The notes below the pieces were generated by a model, which ran no database searches, had not been told where the DNA came from, and saw nothing but the letters and a program-made list of their open reading frames with translations. From Takakia lepidozioides (lineage: Eukaryota > Plantae > Bryophyta): DNA of 64,000 bases. Shown here piece by piece: positions 35,248 to 49,459 of this stretch. The DNA is taken from NCBI GenBank assembly GCA_030704615.1, contig CM060732.1, positions 27,156,001 to 27,220,000 of the forward strand, in the 5' to 3' direction. Positions within the stretch are counted from its first letter, which is position 1; each line of letters starts with the position of its first letter. Both the position numbers and the translations under genes were made by a program.

Positions 35248-37968
35248 CTATAGCTTGAAGAAGATGCTCATTCGTTCTAGGTAAAGGGCTTTTAGACGCT
35301 GCAAAATATGCAACAGCTCCGTATCTATTTGTTTGTCATACAACATCAGTTCATGCTTTCTCCTTGCTGCCTCCTCATACTGCACATTTAAAGATCCCAC
35401 CAATCAGTCTCCGTTCAAGCTGCTTAAGAAGCCCTAATGATTGGGTGCGAGGCCACCACATGTGCTTGCTCTAGTTGGCAATTTAATGAAGCTGAATGCA
35501 AAATCAGCAACAAAGTGTTTATTTTATGCCCATCTATATTTGACATATTGCCAGGAGGGAGTAAGGCCTTGCCATCACAGACTCTGGATCCATTTTAGCT
35601 GAAGCAAAAGACAGTTCTCTAGGACACAAAAACGGAAAAACGGAACAAGCAAAATTTGCTCAAACTTTCCTGACCTGTTCAGTTTCTACTGCACGTGCTA
35701 GGGTTTTCTGCAGTTCTGACTGATGTACAGTGATTGAGTTCATTCGATTTGACAGCTCCCCCAGCCACTCCACATCACCATCTTGTTCACGTGCTGCCGG
35801 CAATTAAAGGCCACTTTAAGTAGACACCAAAAGTAATAGAATTCTTTGACCCCATCCTGAAGTGGTCCTTTCAGGATTCTTGTATCCCTTGTATCATGTC
35901 AATGCAGCAGCACACGTAGGACACAAAACTCAACTGCATTTAGAGATAAGAAATTCAGCTTCTACAAACTGTTGAAAGCCTCCTAAGAAGATTTCTGGTC
36001 TGAATAACTGGTCAAGCTATATGTGTTTGCTCAAACAAACTTCTGTACTGATAAAGAACAGTTGACCTCTAGAAAATTGATACCAATTCTCACAGATGGG
36101 GAAGCCAATTTCCAACATCACCAACCAAATGCTAAGAAAACACAATTCACTACTGGAAGGGCTTCACCCTGGACTGAAGTCTGATATTCTCACCCTTTGG
36201 GTTGATAAGCATGCGGTTGACAAAGTCGGCATTAGCTGCTGACAAGGCGTCTCGATTTAAGAAGAAAGGCAGCTGATATCGTAGTGCAACTGCAATCGCC
36301 TACAGAGAACTGACAACGGTAAGCACATGACAACAAACGTTCCCGTGACCCTACAGCCTTACGAGAAAGTTTCAGAAAACGTTTTTGAAGAATTATCAAG
36401 CTACCTGGTGGTACTTAGACTCCCAGATTTACAGTCAGTCCAAATTAGAATAGATGTGGCCACCAATTGATGGTTACCTGAGGAAATGTAGAAGCCACCT
36501 TCAGTCTCTCCCCTTTTCTTTCATCAAGCACAAGGAACTCCCCACCAGTTGTCTCGTTGTCCAATGAATAGACATATATCTTTTCAAGATCAAGATCTTT
36601 GAGATTGCCAAGCTCCTCCAATGCTGCACCCATGCTTGTGCCATGCCATCAGTCTTGAGAGCACTTGCAGGCTTCTATTATGCAAGCATTTGCCGTGTCT
36701 ATGTATGTCTATGTATGTGCATGTTTGTGTTTGCATCTGTTGTGTGTCAGTCCAGCTATCAACATCCAGTCTTCTGGAATTTGTATCCCTCACATTAGTG
36801 CATCAAGCATGTAATAGAGCATACTAATTGATCCTGCTAACACCTTAACAAACACATTGCCAGAAAACACAAGATAAGTTCTGTATTAACCCCTCAACCT
36901 CACACCTAATCAAAGTGGAGGAAAAGAGCCTGAGTTGCAGCCATAAGAGCAAGCACCATTTGGAAGGCCACCCTTTTCAACTGCAATCTTGATTGGCATG
37001 GCAGAGAGTCCATTAAGAAAAAGAGGAAATTCCAAGCTGCTGGCAGCAGAGGAAACTCTGGTGATTGGAACACATGTTAAACCCATGATTGACCCTGCAT
37101 AACACATCCATGCACCATTCATATGGCAGTAAACTGCATACATGTCCCTAATTTCATATAGAAGTGAAGATTGAGTTCTGAGGGCACGCCCCTGTCGGCC
37201 CCCTTTCCTCCTCTCTCTAAATTCGCTCTTGACCGGACTACAGACGGAGATCAGATCTCTTCTATAAATTCACCAGAAAAGAGATCTAGATCACTATTGC
37301 TTTCTGTTGACATAACCCATAAGAAACATGCAACGTTCAACGACGGATCTCACCCCGGATACCAGGACGCTGCCTTGCTTTCCCCTGCTAAGATATAGTT
37401 ACTTGTGCCTTAATTAAACAAAACTTTGCAATGTGATACAACACGATTCCGAACAGAAGTGTCTGGATTTCTTCTGATTTGATACTCACAGTCACGTAAA
37501 CCTGACTTCACAAAATTATATGTGCGTGTGAAAGCACGTTTCTGTTATACTGGCCATGCTTACCACTATATTGGATCCTGCAATTGGTATATTAACATAC
37601 ACAGAGCATCAATCACAAGAATTACCGTGGTCCACGTTGTGCAAGGATGAGGCCATGACCTGCAAAAATTTGGTGCCATCCGCTGCAATCTCGACATACT
37701 CTGCAAGGGAAATTCCTCCCTTCCCTGGCTCTCTACATCCATCGCCCCAGCTTGCACTTACACAAAACTTTCTCCTTGATGTGGCCAGCACATCAACTCG
37801 GGAGCAAAACACTCTCCCATGTGCAATCCGAACTGTAATCAGCCTCGATAGTTTCGAAGACTTCAAATTGGACTTAGAGAGGTAGAGAATTTCAAGGGAC
37901 AAGGGACATGAGAGAGAGCGATGAACTCGTAGCTCCAAGGGGCAGAGAGGAGGCGGCGTAAGCGCCAT
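35248..37968 (-). CDS. Divergent bifunctional-nuclease (DUF151/BBD)-like protein with a C-terminal UVR motif and a putative plastid transit peptide
   Basis: Exons join in frame with GT-AG: 37968-37626, 37094-36957, 36623-36478, 36299-36194, 35793-35675, 35379-35248. Gives ..FPLFLNGLSAMPIKIAV..LEKIYVYSL..QAIAVALRYQLPFFL.. and UVR-like LQKTLARAVETEQYEEAARRKHEL. The exon-2 donor position is the least certain. Confidence 0.72.
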
Positions 37969-38169
37969 AGCTGACCATGGCTCCTGCTTGGTCGTCCTCT
38001 TCGCCGGCCTCCCTACCGCCAGCTGAGAACGTGTTCCTTATCACAAATGACATTGGGAACTTGTCCCCTTCCCTTTAGGTACTGTAGTGTGCATCAGTCG
38101 ACGGCAGACGAGAGAAGGTAGCGACAAGGAAGCTAGTGGAAGCGAGCGAGACGATCCTGCAAGAGCAAG

Positions 38170-41100
38170 ATGGGGGGTGTTGAAGACGATCTGGCCAAGG
38201 AGAAGACTCCTCCGCCTCTGGATGAAGATGATATTGCTCTGCTCAAAACTTATGTGGGTTTTTCTCGTCTGGACCCTTCTAGGGTCGTGTCGTGTTCGGT
38301 CTCCCCCATATCTTGGTCTATTGGTGTCGCTTTGATTTGGATTTTTCCAGGGGACAACTCCTTCTGGTAGCCTGATAGCAAGGCCTCCTTATGTGCAGTA
38401 CCGTAGTGCGATTACTCATAGATGGGTCTTTTAAGGTGTTTTTTAATATCTCTTTCTTATCGTGTCGTGGATTGGGGCAGGGATTGGGTCCATATGCTGA
38501 CCCTATCAAGAAAGTGCAGAAGGACATCAAAGAGATGGCCAAGAGAGTCAATGATTTGTGCGGTATGTTTTCCTCGCTGGAGCTTGTGTGCACCGCGTGT
38601 TGTCAAATGTTCCTCTTGCACCACATTTTGGTGAGCGTAGTACAGACGCACCGGAAATCCAGAGATGGATCCATGCCACGAGGTTAAGTGGGGGTTTGGA
38701 ATTAGCTATACTTGGGCTAATAAATCTGCAGTGCTCTGAAGAGTAGGGACAGTGAGAGGCAGATGACTGCTGTTATTGCTAATTTTACTGTACTGGTAGG
38801 ACTTGAGCAGGCATCAAGGAGTCAGACACTGGGCTTGCTGTGCCAAGTCAGTGGGATCTGGTTTCTGACAAGCAGATGATGCAGGAGGAGCAACCATTGC
38901 AGGTAGGAAATTTCACAACACGTCACTGGTTTGCTGGTTTGCTGTATTTTGGCCTGCTGACAGCATATCAGGAGATGCGTCTGACGATTTACAGCCACTG
39001 TATTATAAAACCTTAAATACATGAGTCCTTGTGCTGGAGACCTTTGGAAAATGGATATCACACTTCATTTGGAGGGTTAGATCTGTTTATGCTTGCTGGT
39101 TATGCTTTGACCCTGGCAAGTTCTCTCAACATGGAGGAGGTAATACAATGAAGTTTACGAGAGGTATTACTTTTTTCTTAAGTCAGTTCTACAGAATCAG
39201 CGAAGCTGCATAGCGACCCCACTCATTATTTTAATATGTGAATTCACAGCTTTATGCAACATAATGTATGTGTCACGGATACACCGCAGTGAACCTTGAC
39301 GAAAATATGGCCCTTGCTTGGCAGTTGCCCTTTACATACAGATTGTCACCTGTTTGTTTGTCATGTTTAAGGAGCTTGTGACCATCCATCTTACATATTA
39401 CTTGTAATTTACTGTGTGCCTAAGCCTTTCAAGAACATCCTGTGATTCAAAATCTTAGACGGATTGTTACCATACAATGCAGTACTTCGCTTATAAAAGG
39501 TTGATGTGGTTCTTAGTGTCTCTAAGGGTCATGAGTAAAAGTCACCCCAATTGTTAATGATGACCAATTGGTAATTCTAATATTCAGGTTGCTCGGTGCA
39601 CAAAGATCATCAATCCAGGTGGTGATGACGCCAAGTATGTGATAAATGTCAAGCAAATTGCAAAGGTATGCCAGGAGTGAACAATGGCTGTGCCCTCTCT
39701 ACAGCAGTTTTTAGGATGTACATGGTGATCATAGGTTTGTTTATGTATTTAGTTGAATGTAACTTGCATTCCTAGCTTTGGAGACTTCTACTTGAATGGG
39801 GTAGAACTGTTCTTGGAAGGCAAGCACCTTCCACCATGAGCAGCCAGGCTGCTAACATCCTCTTGCTTTTGTTTCATTGCAGTTTGTGGTTGGATTGGGT
39901 GAGAAGGTGTCTCCAACAGATATTGAGGAGGGCATGCGTGTTGGGTCTCTCTCTTCATCTCTCCTTTTATCACTCAGCTCAGTGTGACATAATTACAATC
40001 TTGTGATTTGAGACATTTTTTATCGCTCATCTGCCCTTGTGTGGCCATACTTTCAATCTCCTTACCGGTGGTTCACAGTCTGGATCATGGATTGCTACAA
40101 CTCACACAATTTGGACCTCGCAGAAAATATCACAACAGTTGTCATGCAAGGATTGCCGTTTAATTGTTTCTAGATTTTGATGGCAACTTATTTGGGAGGG
40201 TTTAGATGGACCTCTCTTTGAAATGATTTGTTTTGGTAGATGTTTGGGTATGCTGACCCAGTGGAGTTGGCAAATGGGTGTTTTATTGCAGGGTGGACCG
40301 GAACAAGTATCAAATCCAGATTCCACTACCGCCCAAGATTGATCCCAGTGTCACAATGATGACAGTGGAAGAGAAGCCCGATATTACCTACAGTGACATT
40401 GGGGGCTGCAAAGAACAGATCGAGAAGATGCGTGAGGTGAGACTCAAACAAGCTTACACAGTTGGTCATTCTAAAAAGATGTATTCTCCGAAATTGCCTG
40501 AGTAGAAATTGTCTTAATACAAATATTGATACAACAGGAAGTGATGATGTTCATGCAACAATTGCTGGATACAGGGACTTTACTAGAGTATGAATTATTG
40601 GTTGGAAGGTTAGTCAATCATCACTCAATGGTGAGCTGTTGAACTGCTGTGGGCCCTTATTGTGGACATTAGATACAGCTCCTGGGTGTGGCAATAGTGG
40701 GTTTTTAAATGTGGTTAGGTCTGCATATGACAGATATCCCTTGGCCAGCGACTTTTGCACATCACAGAGGAGGTTTGATCTGAGTGCATGTCAACTGGTA
40801 TAACGTCTGGGATTGGTTAATCTGTGGTCAGCTGGACATAACATGAGAAATAGGGACCGTGCCATCCTGATAACTGAAAGAATCCTTGAAGGAGGTATTC
40901 CAGAACTTCGAATTGAAACTTGCCTAGATGTAGTTAACCTGATGTCTACTCTGCGCTTTATGAACCTTAATGGATGAGAGGAGGTTTAGCTAATCTGGAG
41001 GAGTTTTGCCAAGTGTTTCCCCTCATGGTTTCGCCAGCATTGCTCCTTGCAGCAATTACCTAGTTCTTAAAAGGAGAAGACTTTGGAAGGAGAAGGTTCT

Positions 41101-42796
41101 GGATTTGAAGTGGTTTTGTTTGCTGACCTGTGTACTTGGATGTTTGTGATGCAGGTGGTAGAGTTGCCTATGCTATACCCAGAGAAGTTTGTGAAGCTAG
41201 GGATTGACCCCCCCAAGGGAGTGCTATTGTATGGACCCCCTGGCACTGGGAAGACCCTATTAGCACGTGCAGTTGCCAATCGGACTGATGCTTGCTTCAT
41301 TCGTGTCATTGGGAGCGAGCTTGTTCAGAAATATGTGGGAGAGGGGGCTCGTATGGTCCGCGAAATTTTCCAGGTAAGTTCCTGTATGCTACACAGGTTT
41401 GTTCAACCACTATCTGGATGCCCAAGCAATTCAGGATAAGCTACGACTCTCTCCTGGGTCACTAAGCTCTAGAATTTGTCTTGGGTGATCAGATGGCACG
41501 GTCAAAGAAGGCATGCATTGTGTTCATAGACGAGGTGGATGCAATAGGAGGAGCTCGATTTGATGATGGAGTGGGGGGTGATAATGAAGTGCAACGCACA
41601 ATGCTTGAGATTGTGAACCAACTTGACGGCTTTGACGCCCGTGGCAACATCAAAGTGTTGATGGCCACCAACAGGTGTGTGGTGGTCTGTTTGTCTTCCT
41701 GCCCTGAGGACTCCCTGGGGTTGTCTGCATGCATAGATTCTGGCAGTAACAAATTTTATGTACATATGTGTGCAGGCTTGCATGTATGATTATTTTGACA
41801 TGAAGTAATTTGCAACATCACACCCCTCCACCACAAGCTTTGTTAGAGACACATAGGACGGGAGGGTCAACAGAATAGGGCTGCACCTTTGCTTAGCTTG
41901 GAATGCACTATGAGAATGTGCAGACCAGACACGCTAGACCCAGCACTTTTGCGACCTGGGCGGTTGGACCGAAAGGTGGAGTTTGGGCTGCCTGACCTGG
42001 AAAGTCGGACCCAAATTTTCAAGATCCATACACGCACCATGAATGTTGAGAATGGCATTCGCTTTGAGTTGCTTGCTCGTCTGTGCCCCAATTCCACAGG
42101 TTCCATCCTTGCCTCAAGCTCATTATGTTGCATTTACGAAATAATACACAGGTTTTGAGGGTCTGGGTTGTGGCTCCTTTTTCCACAGGCTGAGATCTGT
42201 ATGATGCTCATGGGAGGCCCAAAGAGAGGGACCTTCAAGGATGTACATCAATCCGATGGTGTCGATAGAGCCCTAGTCCAGTCTGGATGGAGCAGAAACA
42301 GGAACAGGGGGTGCAGGATTAGAGGGGGCTCCAAAACGTAAAAGCTCGCTGACTTAAATTTGATGCTTGAGGCTGAGGAGACATATGTACCCACTGACAG
42401 TTACGGCAGAGAGAGCTGCTTGCTGTGAACTTTTGACTGTTACTGCTCCTAGCTGCTTGCCCTGAACTTGTGACTTGCCATGCACTGCAGATGGTAGTCC
42501 CCCCTTGTATCGCTTTTTGCATGATACGCAAGAGAATGTACTCAGAAGACTTTGTTTTCCTTAGCCTTGTTGCATGAACGCGAGAGAGAGCCAGAGAGAC
42601 AGAGATGCTGAAGGGTATGATAAATGGTTTCGTGGCAGGTGCTGATATAAGGAGTGTCTGCACAGAGGCTGGCATGTATGCTATCCGTGCTCGGCGGAAG
42701 ACTGTGACAGAGAAGGACTTTCTGGAGGGGGTGAATAAAGTGATCAAAGGATATCAAAAGTTTAGTGCTACTCCGAAGTACATGGTGTACAATTGA
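38170..42796 (+). CDS. RPT1: 26S proteasome AAA-ATPase regulatory subunit 7
   Basis: Ten exons: 38170-38253, 38481-38562, 38811-38902, 39588-39665, 39883-39944, 40292-40436, 41155-41373, 41493-41674, 41924-42099, 42639-42796. Walker A GPPGTGKT, Walker [21 protein letters not shown]-terminus [11 protein letters not shown]. Confidence 0.97.
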
Positions 42797-43184
42797 TTCA
42801 GGACTTGCTTGTCCAGTCAGTTCTTGCTGAAAACAGATATCAAGAGCAATATCTTGTAAATATCGCAAGTTTCGAAGTACTTACAGCAGGTACTACACTG
42901 AAGGCATTGTGTTGTGATTATGCCATGTCACATCTCCACGTTCAGGGAGGGTTGGTTCAATAACTGGCTGCTGGGAAATGGATCAGCAGTAGATTAGTTT
43001 TGACACGGACTCTTTCAATTATGACATGCACTAAAACTAAGTGATCCTGCTGCCGCATGATCAATCCAGATTTTAGTGCCCATTGGAGTGGGGAGATTGT
43101 GGACTCTGCAAGGCTACACACTTACCACCAAAGTTTTGTAGTCTATGGCTGTGGGTTTACCACAAATCCAAATTATCACCCAAA

Positions 43185-43582
43185 GGTGGTAACGTAACCT
43201 CACCCAAAACCGCTGGATAAGAGATAGGCCTAGAAAACCGGGGAAAAAAAAAGTTCTTATGAGGCATTATTTTTCCTGTATGGGCAATGGAATTTGGAAC
43301 CCATCTCAAGTTATTTCTTGAGTTATGAATTAGTCACGAATCAGTTATGAATTTTTACGTAGTTAGAAGTAGACTCACCTATTGGCGTCTAGCAGACTCA
43401 CCCATTCCTGTCAGCAGATTCACCAATCAAATCATCCATCTATGGTTCTTCATCCAATGCAGTCTAAACATGTGTTCTCTGTGAACCCTAGGACATCGTG
43501 AACCCTAGGACATATTTGCAACACTTTGATGTTGGAATTTAGAGGTGACGGTTTAAGGGGGGTAATGGGTTACCTTACCACC
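43185..43582. mobile_element. Putative MITE between the RPT1 and NPF 3' ends
   Basis: Left GGTGGTAACGTAACC..AAACCG versus right CGGTTT..GGTTACCTTACCACC. Internal short direct repeats (gtgaaccctaggacat x2; agactcacc-like x3). No clear TSD. Confidence 0.45.
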
Positions 43583-44208
43583 ACAACAAGGGAAGCAGCT
43601 CTTCTTTTTATCTCGGGGATTCAGCCACAATATTAGTCTCTCTTGGCTTCCTCCCAATTGTTGCAGTGTTTGTTTTTTGAGAACAGGGGATGGTGCCCTG
43701 GAAAATTTATTAAGATTATTTGAAGGGGAAAAAAGTAAAACCCCGGAGTACACCATTTTTTTCTTCTTAAGTCCAAGATTGACTTCAAGAAGCGAAAATA
43801 TAAAACACTCAAGTAGCAAAAAGAATTCTCTTAACTTTTTTTTTACCTCTATGTAGTAGAGGTAGTCTATTTACCTATCTATTTACATCCAGAAAAGTGA
43901 TACACCAGAGCCGTCTTCGTTACAGAGTGGTGGGGGCAGGTACCATGTTGTCTTGCAAGATGCCTTGACATTCCTAGGGAAATCTGGGTGTCTTCAAGCT
44001 TTTCAGTCAACCTCGTCTTGCCTGTGGTGAAGGTGTGAAGTGTGAACTCTGCTTGACATCTCTTCCTCTCTTCCTCCTAAGCCACTCCGACAAGATTGCC
44101 GGATGATCTTGAATGGCCCTACTGCCTTCCAGGCAGCTGCCGCACTTCAATTTCTCCTGCTGTCTATGGATGGGATTAGGTAGGCTCGATAGAAGCAGCA
44201 TATATGTT

Positions 44209-47200
44209 TCACACGGTAGATTCAGAAGGCTCCGGCATCACTCTGTCAGAGTTGCTCTGAGGAGAGATCACTGGCTTCTTGTAAGTGTACCACTTTGCAA
44301 CCGTCAGGAAAACGCACAAGTTCACAGCACTCATCGTCGCCAAGAGCCAGTAGTATTTGTCGAGGCGGCACCTATTCACGTTGTTTACAATCCAGCTCTG
44401 GTGCCCACCACGACTTGTAGCACGGACAAGAACTTTCACGAGGGCGGTGCATAAGAAATGGGCAACCCCTGTGTTGGATGTGAAGAGAGCTGTTCCTATG
44501 CTCTGCATGCCATCAGGGGCCTGGTCGTAGAAGAATTCGAGCTGCCCAATGTAACCAAAGACCTGGGAGAGACCCCCAATACTGTATTGTGGGACGAGCC
44601 AGAAAACGCTCATAGGGACCGGCAGATTGTGCTGGTCCTGAAAACCGTGATCTTTGATGACCTTCAAACGTCTCATTTCTACAAGAGCTGCAGTCATCAC
44701 CCCAAGAATAGAGATCACAAGTCCAGTTCCAATTCTCTGCAGCATTGAGAGGCCCCGTTCATTCCCTGTGTACTTGCGTGCCAATGGAACGAAAATTTTC
44801 TCGTAGGCAGGGATGGCGGCCAGGGCAGTTAGCGATTCAAATACTTCCAAGGAGGCCGCCGGGATCTTGAAGTTCGGTCCCATGGATAAATCCATGGTGA
44901 GGCCCTGTCGTAGGAAGAACGATGACGGCTGGGCGGTAATAACTAGCAACATTAAAGTGGTAAACCAAATGGGCATTACTCGCACGAGCAGTTTCACCTC
45001 CTCTACTCTCGTAACACTGCAGAGTCTCCATGGATTGATACTCTTGGATGCTTCGTGAGGAGTTCCCTTCTTCTCCTCAAGTTGCCAGTCCTCCAGGGTG
45101 GCTGCCTTCTCAAGGAACCTACCAGCAACTTGCAAAAACGTCGTTAGGTCAGTGATCTGAACTGGAGTCGTTACATCCCCACGAGTGGGTCACGACCACA
45201 TCACACTTGAGTTTGCTTAGCCTATACCATCGAGACTCAACTTGCGAGAGGTTCAGTAGCATGCAAGCTTCAAGCAAGCTAAGAGAGAGACACATAGCAT
45301 ATGCAAGAGCCAGAGAGAAAGAGCTTAATGCGAATGGGAATGCAGCCCCTCTACTGCTCTAGTAAAGGATAGGAGTGGTCAAAAACCAGCATCGTCGGCC
45401 GGTCCAAGGGTCCAAATGTAGGCAAGGCAAAGATGTTACCTAGGAAGCTTTTAAGTGCACAGCTTCCTGAAGTTGCAGAAGTACCTCCCGACAAGCGCAA
45501 CGTCGGCGTACTTAAGAACCTTCTAGATGCTCACCAAGCGCACAAGCCTCCCACTCTCTCTCAAAAATAGGTATCTCATCCCGCAAGTATCAGTGACAAA
45601 ACTTGGATCTGAAATTTCAAATGTGTATGGTTCAATGAGGCCTCGCCTACCCTTCGGCAGTAGTGGAAACTTCATTCTTGCCCTTCCACATTTATCACAA
45701 GAAGACTGGATTTTAAAGCGCATACCGTTTCCTCTCCTCAGTAAGGAATGGTTCTCTGAAATTGACGATAGCCTTCTATGGCCCGGTACTGGACATTGTT
45801 TGATGTTATAAGATTTAGATTCTGTGAATCGCGTATGTATGCGAAAGCAAGATTTCCCAGTGGAGAAGGCGGGTTCTCTAGGAGAGAAAACAAAACATCT
45901 GTGGGCGAAGTACATACGAGAGTCCGGGGGTGTGTGCAAGATTCCGCTTCCCCTTTTCATTAATTTCGTGGAGCTGACTTGGATCGGATGGAACAACGAC
46001 CTTATACTTGCGGAAGGCAGCAACCACTACCTGGGCCACTTGTGTCAGAGGACTGCCTTCGGGGCGCTTGTTCCGGTACCACGGACTGCCAGAGAAGAAG
46101 AGAACCATGCCCACAACGAACCCAACGGTGGGTATTCCAATGCCCCATCCCCACCCAACATTGTCTTCAATATACACAAGCCCTGTCAAGGCAATGATCC
46201 CACCTATGGTAATGGGGATCCACCAGACGTTAAAGAAGGTGCGTTTCATAGGTTTCTCATTGGAGTCTTCCTCGTCAAATTGGTCTGCTCCAAATGCGGA
46301 TATGCAGGGCTTCACGCCACCCACCCCCAGCGAGATCAGATACAGCGCCAAGTAGAATAAGCCAACCTGAAAAGTTGATGCAGATTTGCAGTATCCTGTT
46401 GTAGGACACTTAGGGGGCTTCAAGTCGGGTAATGACACTGTCAGTGTCAACAGAATCAGCCCCTGGAACACCGCAACTCACCACAATAAGATGCAATGGC
46501 CAAAGTAGATACTGATGAAGTGGTGGGAATGGGCGAAGGCTCCGCGTTCAAGGGGCCAACGGACATGGAGAAAAGTGGAATGTATTGGGGAAACTTCAAA
46601 CAGGCCGCGTGCAAAATCTAACCTTCCTGAATTCGAAGGAATGTTACAATGAGGATTGCATACCATGAGGTAAACGCCTGCAGAGAACGTGATGGTCCAA
46701 AATCGGCCCAAGTACGTATCTGCAATGAATCCTCCGAGCAACGGCAATATCCACGCTGTACCCGCCCAGTTGTATACATTTGTGGACGTTGCTTCAGTAC
46801 CCTCATGTAGAATAGTCACTAAATACGTGACAAGATTTGCTTCAATTCCGTAGTACGCCAATCTCTCCATTAACTCAGCCGCTGTCAAGTAGGAGTCAAG
46901 AACAAACCACAAAGACAAGATTATGGCTTCAGCTTTCTCTTTGACAGGTCTTTTAAGATTCTCTAAAACTGCATTGTCGGCTCAAATTAACTGTACGCTG
47001 TAGGTATTAAATTGATTTACAGATGAATAAGGTGTAGACAATCTGATAAGTTAGAGCTTAGAAGTCATCCAGCACAATGTTAGCAACACCACATCACTCT
47101 GACCTTCACTGCATATAGCTGTAAGTTCCATAACCGCTGACATATTTGAGCACGTTAAGTCAAGCGTGCACATTGATGCTCTTGAAATTATTGTCACCAT

Positions 47201-48120
47201 GACTAATAATTTCTAAGTAGTTCAAATTAAACCAACATTGGCAGAGCTCTGTGTTCCTTTTGTGTCAAGTTACTACTAACAAAGTGCGCATTGCGATGAG
47301 AACGTCCAGGACAGTAACAAAAATTCCAAGGCAAGCATGATGCATCAAGTAGTTTGTACCGATCGTGCTATGCACTGCAAGTCCTACTCAATAAACACCT
47401 AGGATCCTTCAATGTACACATGAGCTCGAACATGTTCAATGATCTTCCATTCTCTAGTCGGCATGTTCAGGACTTCAACGTCTTTCCTAGTTACAACTAC
47501 GTTGGGCATATGTATACAGTCATTGAATATGGTGAACTGACCTGCGAAGTGATCAAAACAAGCTTTCAGCATGGAACAGTAGAGAAATCTAACTTGGTAC
47601 AGCCTCTGGCCAGCGCGACATTATATAAGATCAAGACCTCTCTCAGGTGGAATGCTTCTGTCATCTCGAGTACTTCCATTTTACGGATCACACGATCAAT
47701 TTCTACCACTGATCATCTTGAATTCATAGCTCCATTAAATTGTGTACCCCACTCGTGTTTAGGAAGGCAGTGATCCAAGGAGATACGACTGCTTCACGCC
47801 TGAATTAAGCTTTCTTACAACAGTCCCAGAAGCGTTGTGTACAAACCCATAATGAAGTAGACAGCTTTCCATCGGCCTGAGATTGTTTTATTCGCTGGTC
47901 TGCCTTTAATGTCCAGGGAGCCATCCCGCACATATAAATCTGTGCTGTGCCTGTCACGCCTATCATCACTTGAAGAAACTTCACGGTCATAATTTTCGAC
48001 CCCTGGAACCGCCGTCGGAAGTTGTCTTGACTGCCCAGAAAGATCATTGAACCACGGTTGATGAGCACTGAGTTTTTCTATCGCAAGAAAAAGGTGATGT
48101 GAGTTATAATGGTTTTCCAT
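44209..48120 (-). CDS. NRT1/PTR family (NPF) proton-coupled nitrate/peptide transporter
   Basis: Exons 48120-47847, 46881-46664, 46462-45918, 45118-44209. DGSLDIKGRP, ExxER motif (ELMERLAYYGI), GGFIADTYLGR, GGVKPCISAFGADQFD, GSPLTQVAQV, EFFYDQAPDGMQS, LDKYYWLL. Start codon choice uncertain. Confidence 0.95.
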
Positions 48121-49256
48121 AATGGTGAATGCCGAAGATAATATAGACCTCTCTATTAAATGATACTTTATAACGTCCACGGAAAGCTGACATCAAGAGA
48201 AAGCATGAAACTCGAAAGAGAGGAGGGCGGCTCTCCACAAGCAGCTCAAAAACAGCTACTGATGAAGGAATTGTCTAAGAGTCAACGCCTCATGCACTAG
48301 CATAGTACGCGGTACAACGGGGGCCTAGAGAGAGGGTGAGCAGGCTAGGGAGTCACAGGACTAGTCTTCAACATGTCATGAAATATTGGGCTAGATGGGC
48401 ATGATGATCGCCGAAAAAACGAACGAACAAGCTAGCTAGTCATGTACCATGGTGAGAATCGCAGTGTTGAAGCTTCGGCTGGATGACTCAAGAATGCTGA
48501 TCCTTCCAGAGTGATATACCACCACTAGGAATTCCACCTGCAGCCAAACGAGCGAGAATAGAGGGGACACACACCGTCAGAAACTGCATGAAGGCCCGAC
48601 TGTGACATGTGCAATACATTAAGATAATCTCTACAGCTTGAAAGAGAATGAAACTACACTGTAAAGGGAGAACTTGGAAGCGGCGAATAGCATCCCCACA
48701 TGCAAGAGCGGCCTCTTAAAACACAAGGGGGGAAGGTACCAGCTGCTGGAGCAGCAGTTGGCTATGGCGGCTGCCAAGAGATCCGAGCTGCCCTGGTGGG
48801 AGGCAGGAACCATGAATGTTTATAATGCCTGCCTAGTCCTCTTGGGATTGTGAATCGGGTCACAAAGTCAACCCCCCATGTGAGTACTTGACGTTTCCTG
48901 TCAGATACTTCGCCAGTGCACCCGCCACCATCTCCTGTTGCCTGCCATCTCCATGGAAAGCTGGGAGACGACAAAGAAAAAACAAGTGGGTCTGGGGGAA
49001 AAGCTCACGTTTGACACAGTGAGGGATAATTTATTTAGTGAGGGGGTGGTGGGGCCTTGCAATGGTTTGCAAAGCTAAGAGTTTTATTTTATTTTGCATT
49101 ACATTACTTGTAGGTTCATCAAAAGAAATGGGCCCCATGGACTAGGAACAATTGGCTTGACTAATGCTTGATGTGGTCACCACACCCAATGAGTGACACT
49201 GGTAGTACGTATGAGAATATTTCAGGAAATTTGGCTCAAAGTATTAAAATTATATA

Positions 49257-49459
49257 CCGTAATGTAGGGGCCATTTCGACATAAATTTTAATATTTTAAA
49301 TATTGTTAAAATTTTGGAAACTGATTTTGTGAAATTAAATAACTTTTGTGAATGATAATAAAGTATCTTTGGGAATACTCCATATTGAAATGGAATTCTC
49401 AAAATAAAATAAATATTCGACAGAAGAAGTGTTGGAATGGCCGCGCCCATGTATTACGG
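49257..49459. mobile_element. Tc1/mariner-type MITE with TA target-site duplication
   Basis: TA|CCGTAAT..GGCCATT.C.AC ... GTTGGAATGGCC..ATTACGG|TA. AT-rich interior. Confidence 0.6.
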
